Origin: an uncultured Methanosarcinales archaeon
Lineage (GTDB): Archaea; Nanobdellota; Nanobdellia; Woesearchaeales; JAGVZT01
DNA length: 22,173 nucleotides
Assembly: GCA_964419615.1 (NCBI GenBank)
Contig: CAYQPU010000030.1
Coordinates: 1 to 22,173, forward strand
Direction: 5' to 3'
Shown here in pieces: positions 1 through 8,247 of the stretch. Position 1 is the first letter of the stretch, and every line of letters begins with the position of its first letter. The translations under genes were made by a program, and so were the position numbers. The notes below the pieces were generated by a model. The model was not told where the DNA came from. It saw only the letters and a list, made by a program, of their open reading frames with translations, and did no database searches.

Positions 1-575
1 ATTGATAGCAACAAAGTCCTAACAATTATCATTTTTGTCATGTTAAGAAAAAAATCTTGAGGAAACAATTTAATTAGGGTACTGTCGACGGGAAATTGCC
101 AATTACCTTGCGGAAAAAACAACCTATGGAACAAAATAAAACTGTTATCAAAGTTAATCATAAATAAAATCATTAATAATGTTAATGGTAAAACAAAAAT
201 AAATCCTAAAGCAATTGTATCAAATCTTTTCTTAGTAACAAAAAAATAAAAACAAATCAAAATTAAAAACAAATTAACACAAACAACCACCCTTAGATTA
301 CTCAATAATAATCTCACATCATGCAAATGTTGCATTTCTTCCTCGGTAAAATAATCAATAGCGTCAACATCTGATGAAAAAAATTCCATTAATAGATCAA
401 CAATCTCGAAAGGTAATTCTGGATCATCAAAGTTACCATGAACTTCCAACTTATCAAACTGTTTTAGGTAAACTTGCTTATCATTGATTAATACAATTGA
501 ATTAGTAATGATCATTATTGACAACAAGTTAAGTGCAATAAATAATGCAAACATATATTTTATCACAGCTTTCAT
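1..575 (-). CDS. DUF1461 / lipoprotein intramolecular transacylase (Lit)-family integral membrane protein, 3' end runs off the window (absent from the ORF track)
   Basis: Manual translation from ATG at 575: MKAVIKYMFALF...YFTEEEMQHLHDVRLLL...FDNSFILFHRLFFPQGNWQFPVDSTLIKLFPQDFF... with no stop before base 1. The F.E.E..H..DV and FH.LFF...NW.F...S.LI.L.P..FF motifs are characteristic of DUF1461. Confidence 0.85.
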   Translation of the reverse strand, partial: MKAVIKYMFALFIALNLLSIMIITNSIVLINDKQVYLKQFDKLEVHGNFDDPELPFEIVDLLMEFFSSDVDAIDYFTEEEMQHLHDVRLLLSNLRVVVCVNLFLILICFYFFVTKKRFDTIALGFIFVLPLTLLMILFMINFDNSFILFHRLFFPQGNWQFPVDSTLIKLFPQDFFLNMTKMIIVRTLLLS

Positions 576-620
576 AACCTAACACACAACAACAATCAAT
601 TTAAAACTTTCCAAAAACCA

Positions 621-632
621 AAAAATATATAA
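621..632 (+). promoter_or_regulatory. Archaeal BRE-TATA-like promoter of nitroreductase gene (probably leaderless)
   Basis: AAAAATATATAA ending about 24 nt before ATG 656. Confidence 0.5.
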
Positions 633-655
633 TCCCTTAATTGTAAGGTTTAATC

Positions 656-1360
656 ATGGATGTGTTGGAAGCAATTAAAAAAAGAAGATCAGTCAGAAAA
701 TACATGGATGTTCCAGTGGAATGGGACAAGGTTGGTCAGATTCTTGAAGCAGGCAGACTCTCGCCTAGTGCTGGTAATGTACAAGATTGGAGATTCATGG
801 TAATAACTGATCCAGGTTTAAGGCAAAAAATCGCTGAAGCATCACTTAAGCAATACTGGATGCAAGAAGCACCAGTATATATCATTGTAATTACTGAACT
901 AGACAAGATTAGAAAACACTATGGTCTACGGGGAGAAAGATTATATGCAATACAAGACTGTGCAATAGCTGCAACATCAATGATGCTTACCGCAGAATCA
1001 CTAGGGCTTGCAACCTGTTGGGTTGGTGCATTTGAAGAAGGAATGATCCAGGAAATTCTTGGAATCCCAGATGATGTAAGGCCTCAAGTGATTTTGACGA
1101 TTGGCTATGCAAATGAAAAACCAGAACCAACATATAGATATCCTATGGAACATCTAACATTACTAAATGGTTATGGCGGTAATGCAAGAAAAATTAAGGA
1201 TTTTGGAAAGGTTTTCTGGGACCATAATATCATTGGCCGTGCAGTTGATAGCACAAAACAAACATTTAGTGATGCTGAAAAGCTAACACGTAAAAAAAGG
1301 CAAAAACACACAATTAAGTTTAAGAAATTCTTTGAAAAATTTAAAAAACCCAAGAAATAG
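656..1360 (+). CDS. Nitroreductase-family (FMN-dependent) protein with Lys-rich C-terminal extension
   Basis: IKKRRSVRKY, LSPSAGNVQDWRF and SLGLATCWVGAF motifs. Confidence 0.93.
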   Translation: MDVLEAIKKRRSVRKYMDVPVEWDKVGQILEAGRLSPSAGNVQDWRFMVITDPGLRQKIAEASLKQYWMQEAPVYIIVITELDKIRKHYGLRGERLYAIQDCAIAATSMMLTAESLGLATCWVGAFEEGMIQEILGIPDDVRPQVILTIGYANEKPEPTYRYPMEHLTLLNGYGGNARKIKDFGKVFWDHNIIGRAVDSTKQTFSDAEKLTRKKRQKHTIKFKKFFEKFKKPKK

Positions 1361-1391
1361 ATTTAAAAACTAGACTTTGTTATCTATTATA

Positions 1392-3272
1392 ATGACCTAT
1401 TTGAAAAAGTTTTACTTTCCATATGATAGTTTAAGAGATGTACAAAAAGATCTAATTAAAAAGGTTGATCAATCACTCTCAGATAAAAGTAACCTACTTG
1501 TGCACGCACCAACTGGGCTAGGAAAAACAGCTGCAACCTTATGTCCTGCAATAAAGCATGCGATAGAAAATGATCTTACAGTGTTCTTTCTTACATCAAG
1601 ACACACTCAACACTTAATAGCAATTGAAACCTTACAACAAATCAAAGAAAAGTTTAACACAAAAATTATTGCAACAGACATTGTTGGAAAGAAATGGATG
1701 TGTCCAGTTCCGGGCACAGATAGATTATATGCAAATGAATTTGCAGAATATTGCAAATCAGTGAGAGAATCAAACAAATGTGAGTTTTTTCAAAATACTA
1801 AACAAGGAACCAAGCTATCTCATGAAGCAAATCTTGTGCTCGAGCAAATAAAAAACATTTGTCCATGTCATGCTGAAAAAATAGTGGAACTATGTTCAGA
1901 CTATAAATTGTGTCCATATGAAATAAACACAGCACTTGCAAGAGAATCAAGAGTCATAATTGCTGATTACTATTACATATTCAATCCCCATATCCAGAAA
2001 CTATTCTTTGGGAAAACTGGAAAAGAACTTGAAAAATCAATTATAATTGTTGATGAAGCACATAACTTACCAATGAGAGTAAGGGAGTTATTAACACAAA
2101 GGTTATCTAATTATATGATATCAAGGTCAATAAAAGAAGCGGAAAAATTTGAATACAATGAAACAAAACAAAGACTGCAAATAATACTCAAATTAATTGA
2201 AAGACTAACAAAAGATATTGTATACAATGAAAAACTAGTTACAAAAAAAGATTTTGTGGTTGGTTTACCTAAAGTTGAATACTTCCAGTTAATCGAAGAC
2301 TTCAAATTTATTGCAGAATCAATAAGAGAAAAAGAAAAGCAAAGCTATATTGGAAGCATAGCAGGTTTTCTAGAATCATGGACTGGCCAGGATGAAGGCT
2401 ATGTTAGAATCATAACAAAAAAACTAACATCAAAAGGGAAAAAGCCAATCCTCACGCTAAGCTACCGTTGTCTTGATCCAAGTTTGTTATCAAGTGAAAT
2501 AATATCAGAATCATACTCAACAATAATGATGAGCGGAACTCTAACTCCTTTGAATATGTATCAAGACATACTTGGGGTGGATAATTCCATTCTTGAAAAA
2601 TATAAAAGCACTTTTCCAAAAGAAAACAAACTTTCATTAATCATCCCAGAAACAACAACAAAGTATTCACAGAGAAGTCAAGCTCAATTTAAAAGAATTG
2701 CAGAAATCTGTGCAGAAATAACAAACCTTGTTCCAGGTAATTCAATCATATTCTTTCCAAGCTATAAACTAAGAGATAGTGTAAACAAATACCTCTTTGA
2801 TACATGTAAGAAAACTACATTTTTAGAAATCCCCAACATGAGTAAAAAAGAAAAAACAGACATGCTTGAAAGATTCAAAAAATACAACAAATCCGGAGCA
2901 GTGCTCTTGGCGGTTGTATCAGGATCATTTGGAGAAGGAATTGACCTTCCGGGTGATCTATTAAAAGCCGCAATCATTGTTGGACTTCCATTACAAGTAC
3001 CTGATCTTGAAACAAAAGCCTTAATCCAATACTATGATGAGAAATTCTCAAAAGGTTGGGACTATGGTTACTTATTTCCGGCAATGAACCGAGCCATGCA
3101 AAGCGCAGGCAGAGTAATAAGATCAGAAACGGACAAAGGAGCAGTAATCTTTTTAGATGAAAGATATGCTTGGCCTAATTATTATAGATGTCTTCCTATG
3201 AACGAAAACATAGAGATAACTAGAAATTACAAAAAAAGAATTGAAGCTTTTTTTAGCTATGATAAAAAGTAG
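1392..3272 (+). CDS. xpd: XPD/Rad3-family Fe-S 5'-3' DNA helicase (ATG at 1392 preferred over TTG at 1377)
   Basis: Walker A APTGLGKT, DEAH box, four Cys (MCP, EYC, KCEF, LCPYE), SGTL, GSFGEGID and QSAGRVIRS motifs. Confidence 0.92.
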   Translation: MTYLKKFYFPYDSLRDVQKDLIKKVDQSLSDKSNLLVHAPTGLGKTAATLCPAIKHAIENDLTVFFLTSRHTQHLIAIETLQQIKEKFNTKIIATDIVGKKWMCPVPGTDRLYANEFAEYCKSVRESNKCEFFQNTKQGTKLSHEANLVLEQIKNICPCHAEKIVELCSDYKLCPYEINTALARESRVIIADYYYIFNPHIQKLFFGKTGKELEKSIIIVDEAHNLPMRVRELLTQRLSNYMISRSIKEAEKFEYNETKQRLQIILKLIERLTKDIVYNEKLVTKKDFVVGLPKVEYFQLIEDFKFIAESIREKEKQSYIGSIAGFLESWTGQDEGYVRIITKKLTSKGKKPILTLSYRCLDPSLLSSEIISESYSTIMMSGTLTPLNMYQDILGVDNSILEKYKSTFPKENKLSLIIPETTTKYSQRSQAQFKRIAEICAEITNLVPGNSIIFFPSYKLRDSVNKYLFDTCKKTTFLEIPNMSKKEKTDMLERFKKYNKSGAVLLAVVSGSFGEGIDLPGDLLKAAIIVGLPLQVPDLETKALIQYYDEKFSKGWDYGYLFPAMNRAMQSAGRVIRSETDKGAVIFLDERYAWPNYYRCLPMNENIEITRNYKKRIEAFFSYDKK

Positions 3273-3955
3273 CTCCCAACCAATACCAATCCGGTTACAC
3301 AAGCAAGTGCTCCGACAACTTTTGCATCTCTTCCTTTTTTAATAAAATACTCTGGAGTTATGTTTACCAAAGATATTTTACTATCTGGATTTTCTTCATT
3401 CCATTCTTCAACTCTTTCCATAATGCCAATGTAATGTCTTTGACCATATGCAGCAGCTTCAAGTGTACTTGTACTTGTTCCAACTCTTTCAACTAAATTA
3501 TCTAGCATATTATGATCATTATATCCCCAACTATGTCCTGAGCGACACATCATAAAATTCTCTTGGATATTCTCAGCCGTATCTCCTGGTATAATCATAA
3601 GATCTTTCTTTTCTTTTAATCTAACAACTGCGAATAACCTGTCCTCTTCTTTTATTTTGTTTTGGTTGTAAGTAGCTGCAGTTGACTCTCCAATCTGTTC
3701 ATCAGCAACCATAAAAACACCATATTCATCCATTAAATGCCCAAGAATCCCATAAATCTGATCTTCAACTAATTTATTATTTCCTTTTGTTTCATCAACT
3801 TTTTCAATATATATCAGAACATGCTTAGCATCTGGTGCAGGATCAACATATGTAAGTCTGTTTGGTTCATTAAAGATAGCTATTCTATCCTCAAAGTCAA
3901 AAAAAGGATCTGATTCAATTTTACTAACAATATCTTCTGGTGTAAGTTGTTTCAT
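3257..3955 (-). CDS. Hypothetical acidic protein with C-terminal hydrophobic anchor
   Basis: 232-aa ORF with GAGGGG SD upstream; C-terminal VVGALACVTGLVLVGSYFLS; no recognisable family. Confidence 0.8.
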   Translation of the reverse strand: MKQLTPEDIVSKIESDPFFDFEDRIAIFNEPNRLTYVDPAPDAKHVLIYIEKVDETKGNNKLVEDQIYGILGHLMDEYGVFMVADEQIGESTAATYNQNKIKEEDRLFAVVRLKEKKDLMIIPGDTAENIQENFMMCRSGHSWGYNDHNMLDNLVERVGTSTSTLEAAAYGQRHYIGIMERVEEWNEENPDSKISLVNITPEYFIKKGRDAKVVGALACVTGLVLVGSYFLS

Positions 3956-4084
3956 TTTCTACATCCCCTCAAATTGGGAGAAATACTTTTCTGTATTAAA
4001 ACTTTTATGTGCTCAACAATAGCATTGTTTCTTGTATAATTAAATGTCAAAAGGTATACTTTTTAGTATCCTGATATCTTAAAC

Positions 4085-4100
4085 CAAAACATTTATATAC
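4085..4100 (+). promoter_or_regulatory. BRE-TATA promoter, supports ATG 4126 as start
   Basis: CAAAACATTTATATAC about 26 nt before ATG 4126. Confidence 0.55.
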
Positions 4101-4125
4101 TGGTTTGTTATATTTATCTCCAAGT

Positions 4126-4488
4126 ATGGTAATGTTGTTCGATCAATATAATCTGCCAGAGAATATATTTGAGGTAATCTTTGCAACAGACCTACAAATT
4201 AAGGTCGGAGAAATGCTGGTCAAATACATAAAAGAAAACAAAGGAGAGCTAAACAAACGCCAGATGTCTGCCTTTGCAACAAAACTACACAATGGCAAGT
4301 CAAAATATAATGGTGAAGAAATCTCTTATAATAAAAGACAATTTTATGATCGAATATTAACTCCAATGAAAGCAATGGGAATAGTAGCATATGACATGTA
4401 TAATCGCAAATATTCCCTATCAAATAAGTTATGCAATGCCCTTAGCCAGAACTCAGAAATGTGGCAAGAAGAATATGACAAATCATGA
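4126..4488 (+). CDS. Conserved hypothetical protein, probable winged-helix fold
   Basis: Helix-helix-strand-strand pattern (RQFYDRILTPMKAMGIVAYDMYNRKYSLS); TATA box spacing. Confidence 0.7.
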   Translation: MVMLFDQYNLPENIFEVIFATDLQIKVGEMLVKYIKENKGELNKRQMSAFATKLHNGKSKYNGEEISYNKRQFYDRILTPMKAMGIVAYDMYNRKYSLSNKLCNALSQNSEMWQEEYDKS

Positions 4489-4490
4489 TC

Positions 4491-4590
4491 AAAAGGCTCC
4501 CCAGAGTTCTTACACCCCTCAAACCCCCTCAAACAACCGGGAGCCTTTTAATTTTTTTTTTCTAATGAAATAATAAAAAATGTGTAAGAA
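4491..4590. ncRNA. Candidate structured RNA or bidirectional terminator with pseudoknot potential
   Basis: 11-bp IR AAAAGGCTCCC (4491-4501) / GGGAGCCTTTT (4539-4549); loop TTCTTACAC (4507-4515) complementary to GTGTAAGAA (4582-4590); CCCCTCAAA twice in the loop; T10 tract at 4552-4561. Confidence 0.45.
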
Positions 4591-4620
4591 TCAATAATAG
4601 TAAAAGTAATTAATTCATTA

Positions 4621-4980
4621 TCAAAGACTCATAATCCTATAATCAGAGTACAAAGGCACACTTTGAGTTTTTCTTTCATAATTAGGATCACCTAATTCTT
4701 GTAGAAATTCCATAATTCTACTTTGGTCACCTTCAAATATTGGCATACCAAAAATTACTGGTACGGTAATAGAATTTGCTATTTCAAGCAGATCAGAACC
4801 AGGTTCATAAGAAATAAATTCTCCATAATGAGTTTTACATTCACTGTGTGAACTTACAACTAAAGGTGTGCCAACTTCCATCTCTTTTAGCTTTGGAAAC
4901 ATGCCCAGACCATCAACTTCATATTCTGGGTTTAAAGCGACCTCTTCTAGTTTCATTCTGGAATTAGGGTAATGGTGCAT
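4621..4980 (-). CDS. Hypothetical acidic protein
   Basis: 119-aa ORF, AT-rich promoter-like region upstream; no recognisable family. Confidence 0.7.
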   Translation of the reverse strand: MHHYPNSRMKLEEVALNPEYEVDGLGMFPKLKEMEVGTPLVVSSHSECKTHYGEFISYEPGSDLLEIANSITVPVIFGMPIFEGDQSRIMEFLQELGDPNYERKTQSVPLYSDYRIMSL

Positions 4981-5074
4981 TATATATAAATTATCTGTCT
5001 AAGAAATAATTTATTATATATTAAAACATATAATAACAGAATGCTGTTTAGTCACAAACTAATAGTAACAAAAT

Positions 5075-5090
5075 CAAAAAGTTTATAAAT
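5075..5090 (+). promoter_or_regulatory. BRE-TATA promoter of EndoV-like gene
   Basis: CAAAAAGTTTATAAAT about 27 nt before ATG 5118. Confidence 0.6.
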
Positions 5091-5117
5091 GAAAAAGTAC
5101 CTCTGTAATAAAAAAAG

Positions 5118-5756
5118 ATGAATATCAATAAACTAAAACAAGAGCAGTTAAGGCTTGCGAAAAAAGTAGAGATAAGAGACTCTTTTTCTAATATTGATAC
5201 AATCGCAGGTTGTGACATAGCCTATACTTTTGATAAACTAATATCATCAATTGTTGTCTTAGATTTTAAAACTCTGGAAATTATTGAAAAAAGGGTTTCT
5301 GTTAGTAAAGTAAAATTTCCTCGGGTCTCATCATTCTTAAGTTATAGAGAAGCTCCATCAATAATAAATCTATTTGCACAGCTTAAGAATAAACCGGATT
5401 TATTGATGTGCAATTCTAATGGAATTTTGCATCCACGAAGAATGGGAGCTGCATCTCATATTGGTCTATCATTAGACATCCCAACAATTGGCGTGGCAAA
5501 TGAATTGCTCTGTGGTACAATCAAGGATAAAAGAGTATTTGTTGAAGATGAACCTAGAGGTTATGAATTAAAAACAAAAGAGCATGCAAATCCCATTTAT
5601 ATTAGTCCTGGACATAAGGTCAGCAGAAGAACATCACTTAAAATAACAATAAAATGTCTAAAAGAGAATAAACTACCAGAACCACTCAGATTGGCTCACA
5701 AAGCTGCAGTAACAAAAAGAAGAGAACTTAAGGAATCAATAAAAGTTATTGCATAA
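5118..5756 (+). CDS. nfi: Endonuclease V-family protein with degenerate active site
   Basis: IAGCD, LSYREAP, GILHPRRMGAASHIG, IPTIGVA, PIYISPGH and LPEPLRLAH motifs; canonical DG.G reads NSNG. Confidence 0.9.
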   Translation: MNINKLKQEQLRLAKKVEIRDSFSNIDTIAGCDIAYTFDKLISSIVVLDFKTLEIIEKRVSVSKVKFPRVSSFLSYREAPSIINLFAQLKNKPDLLMCNSNGILHPRRMGAASHIGLSLDIPTIGVANELLCGTIKDKRVFVEDEPRGYELKTKEHANPIYISPGHKVSRRTSLKITIKCLKENKLPEPLRLAHKAAVTKRRELKESIKVIA

Positions 5757-5857
5757 AAAGCTATATACTCTTTTTCTGATTAAAACATTTTTTTCATATA
5801 TAGATTCATAAAATTTATATAGTCACAAATCCGTTTCAGATTTCTGGGGGTATTAAA

Positions 5858-6112
5858 GTGGATGAATTAGAAGAAAAAGATATCTATTCTGATGAGGGAA
5901 GAGAAGATTTAGTAGAAGATGATGCCATTGAACCCTGGGAACAGGGATTCATGCAAGGAGCAGAAGGCCTTGGTCAAGATGCTAAATGCAGGCGTTGTGG
6001 AAAAATCTTTATGGGACCTGATTCAGTATTAGAAACCGAAGTTGAAGGAGAAGTAATGAGATTTTGTTCAGATGATTGTGTTAATAAATACAAAGAAAGA
6101 CTTATCAATTAA
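5858..6112 (+). CDS. Small acidic protein with C-terminal Cys4 zinc finger (TRASH/YHS-like)
   Basis: GTG start with GGGGG SD; CRRC...FCSDDC. Confidence 0.8.
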   Translation: MDELEEKDIYSDEGREDLVEDDAIEPWEQGFMQGAEGLGQDAKCRRCGKIFMGPDSVLETEVEGEVMRFCSDDCVNKYKERLIN

Positions 6113-6132
6113 CATCAGGAGGTGGTATATTG

Positions 6133-6381
6133 ATGCAAAAAGTTGGAAAAATCACTCACTTCTTTGGCAACCTAAGTGTTGCTGTAATTGAGCTAGAAGG
6201 AGAAATTATTGCAGGTGATGAGATTCATATCAAAGGACACACCACAAACTTCACCATGAAAGTAGACTCAATGCAAATTGATCATAAAGAAGTTGAAAAA
6301 GCAGGAGCAGGCCAATCAATTGGCATGAAAGTTCCAGATGCTGTAAGGCAGAATGATGAAGTATTTTTGGTTAAAAGCTAA
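6133..6381 (+). CDS. Small beta-barrel protein ('translation elongation factor-like', EF-Tu domain II / U32 peptidase C-terminal-like)
   Basis: VGKITHFF..LSVAVIEL...GDEIHIKG.TT.F...V.SMQI....V..A..GQSIG.KV; GGAGGTGG SD. Confidence 0.8.
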   Translation: MQKVGKITHFFGNLSVAVIELEGEIIAGDEIHIKGHTTNFTMKVDSMQIDHKEVEKAGAGQSIGMKVPDAVRQNDEVFLVKS

Positions 6382-6413
6382 TTGTACTCTAATTGAAAAA
6401 CCTAATCACTTAA

Positions 6414-7088
6414 CTACTTACAAAATTCATAAACTTTCTCAAACAATGGATCAATTGCTTCTAGAGGAGATTTCCCATATCCAAAAATAGGTATACCTTC
6501 TTGTATATTTGTTGTAGCATTTTTAAAAAAAGAAAAAGGTCCACTATGTTGAAACTCAGAAACCTCAAAAGATCCTAGTGCATTCTCAAGTACTCCTCCA
6601 ATCCAAGTTTCAGTCTGGTAAATATCTAATTTTGCAATCACCATATCTGGGGGGAATATTATTCCACTGTATTGATCAATTGCATCTCTTCTTAATCTAA
6701 GAGGATGTTTGTCCATATCAAACTTCTTGGCAATTCTTTCCAAAGTACAAAAATGAGTTGGAGTATCAGGCTCAGGTTCATTACTAATCCATTCTCCTGG
6801 TCCTTGTGGATTCTTTCTGAGTAAATCTAGTGCATATCTTATACTAGTTTCTGTATCTTCAATAATTATAGCATAATGTCCATTAACAGCAGGTAATTCT
6901 TCTATTGGCTGCATTGAGAAAGCATGCTCATGTGAGTAGAAACGATCTGTCTTTCTAACTTCGTGAGGAGTAGGAGATAATGTATAAGCATTTAGCATAC
7001 CTTGATCAATCTGCCCTTGAAAAAAATCTCTTAATCTTCTGCTATCTTCACTTACTTCTTTTTTAAATACTTTAACTAAGTTGCTCAT
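6414..7088 (-). CDS. Hypothetical protein
   Basis: 224-aa ORF with GGGGG SD; no recognisable family. Confidence 0.8.
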   Translation of the reverse strand: MSNLVKVFKKEVSEDSRRLRDFFQGQIDQGMLNAYTLSPTPHEVRKTDRFYSHEHAFSMQPIEELPAVNGHYAIIIEDTETSIRYALDLLRKNPQGPGEWISNEPEPDTPTHFCTLERIAKKFDMDKHPLRLRRDAIDQYSGIIFPPDMVIAKLDIYQTETWIGGVLENALGSFEVSEFQHSGPFSFFKNATTNIQEGIPIFGYGKSPLEAIDPLFEKVYEFCK

Positions 7089-7156
7089 GATGAATCCCCC
7101 CTTATATCCACTATAAAATGGTCAATATGTATAAATAATTTATGGAAAATGAAATT

Positions 7157-7927
7157 TTAATCAGCCGCTAACTTGATTAACCACTCTACAACCTGTTCAT
7201 CAGCACCAACCAGAAAATCTTTGTTAAGAATATCAAATTTCTCAATCTCATAATCTTTGTTTGAAAAATCTCTAACCAAACAGCCTGCTTCCTTGATAAT
7301 TAATAATGCAGCAAGTGTATCTTCCATTTCATTTTCAAAAGCAATCATGCCTTGGATCTTACCTTCTGCTATCAAACATAAGTCTAGTGCAGGAGACCAG
7401 TTTAATAACACTCTGTAACAGTTATCTACTATCTTTGGAAAATTCTTTGGTATTCTATCAGCACATGGGTAACCTGCAATCAAAGCAATAATCTTTTTTT
7501 CACATTTTTTAGATTCTATCTTTTTTCCACTAACAAATGCACCTTTATTAAGTTCAGCAGTATATAATCTATCCTCTGATGGATAATAAACCACACCCAG
7601 AATAGTTTTCCCCTTGTAAAGTAAAGCAATAGAAACAGAAAAATAAGGAATGCCAACAACAAAATTGCTAGTACCATCAAGTGGATCAACCACCCATAAA
7701 TAATCAGAATCTTTGTCATCCATTAAGGATTCCTCTGAAAAGATACTATGTTTTGGAAAACTCTTTGAAATAAGATTAAAGATAACCTTTTCGGATTCCT
7801 TATCAGCAACTGTAACAACATCACCCCTTTGTTTAGTATGTTCTTTAAGTTCCTTATTATAATAATCTAGAATAATTCTACCGGCTTTTTTTGCAGCTTT
7901 GATAGCAATATCTTTATATTCAAACAT
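7157..7927 (-). CDS. suhB: Inositol monophosphatase / FBPase-like (SuhB family); ATG at 7927 preferred over 7990
   Basis: GDVVTVADKESE, SEE, WVVDPLDGTSNF, ALDLCLIAEG and DTLAALLIIKEAG motifs. Confidence 0.88.
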   Translation of the reverse strand: MFEYKDIAIKAAKKAGRIILDYYNKELKEHTKQRGDVVTVADKESEKVIFNLISKSFPKHSIFSEESLMDDKDSDYLWVVDPLDGTSNFVVGIPYFSVSIALLYKGKTILGVVYYPSEDRLYTAELNKGAFVSGKKIESKKCEKKIIALIAGYPCADRIPKNFPKIVDNCYRVLLNWSPALDLCLIAEGKIQGMIAFENEMEDTLAALLIIKEAGCLVRDFSNKDYEIEKFDILNKDFLVGADEQVVEWLIKLAAD

Positions 7928-8105
7928 GGGACAATAATTAGGAGTCACATATATAATTGTTTCTTTGAAAAAATTTATATACATCTTCATTTATCCATAA
8001 GTTAATATGAGAAATATTCAAATCTCAGAACTTATCTTACTGATTTAATTAGGTTCTTCCCTTTTCTGGAAGAACAAACAAACAAAACAAAGATTGGAGA
8101 ATAAA

Positions 8106-8174
8106 ATGCTGGCAAAAACAAAAACAATTGCAGTTTGTGTCAGCCTAAGCCTTATTCTAATTATTCTGCTGTGA
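8106..8174 (+). CDS. Putative 22-aa hydrophobic small peptide MLAKTKTIAVCVSLSLILIILL
   Basis: GGAGA SD (8096-8100) 5 nt before the ATG; basic N-terminus plus hydrophobic helix; flanked by two hairpins. Confidence 0.4.
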   Translation: MLAKTKTIAVCVSLSLILIILL

Positions 8175-8247
8175 ATAGCTTGCTCTTTTCCATGGGCAAG
8201 CATCATACAAAATAATTAGAGGTATATCTCCAAGCTGGAGGAAAAAA

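Noticed and set aside
4503-4523. Resemblance of AGAGTTCTTACACCCCTC to a preQ1-I riboswitch aptamer
   Set aside because: Only about 3 bp of P1, no A-rich tail ending in CUAA, and it is not upstream of a queuosine gene.
5050-5829. AGTCACAAA repeated in two promoter regions (5050-5058, 5821-5829)
   Set aside because: Position relative to the TATA boxes is inconsistent, and it is a short AT-rich word compatible with chance.
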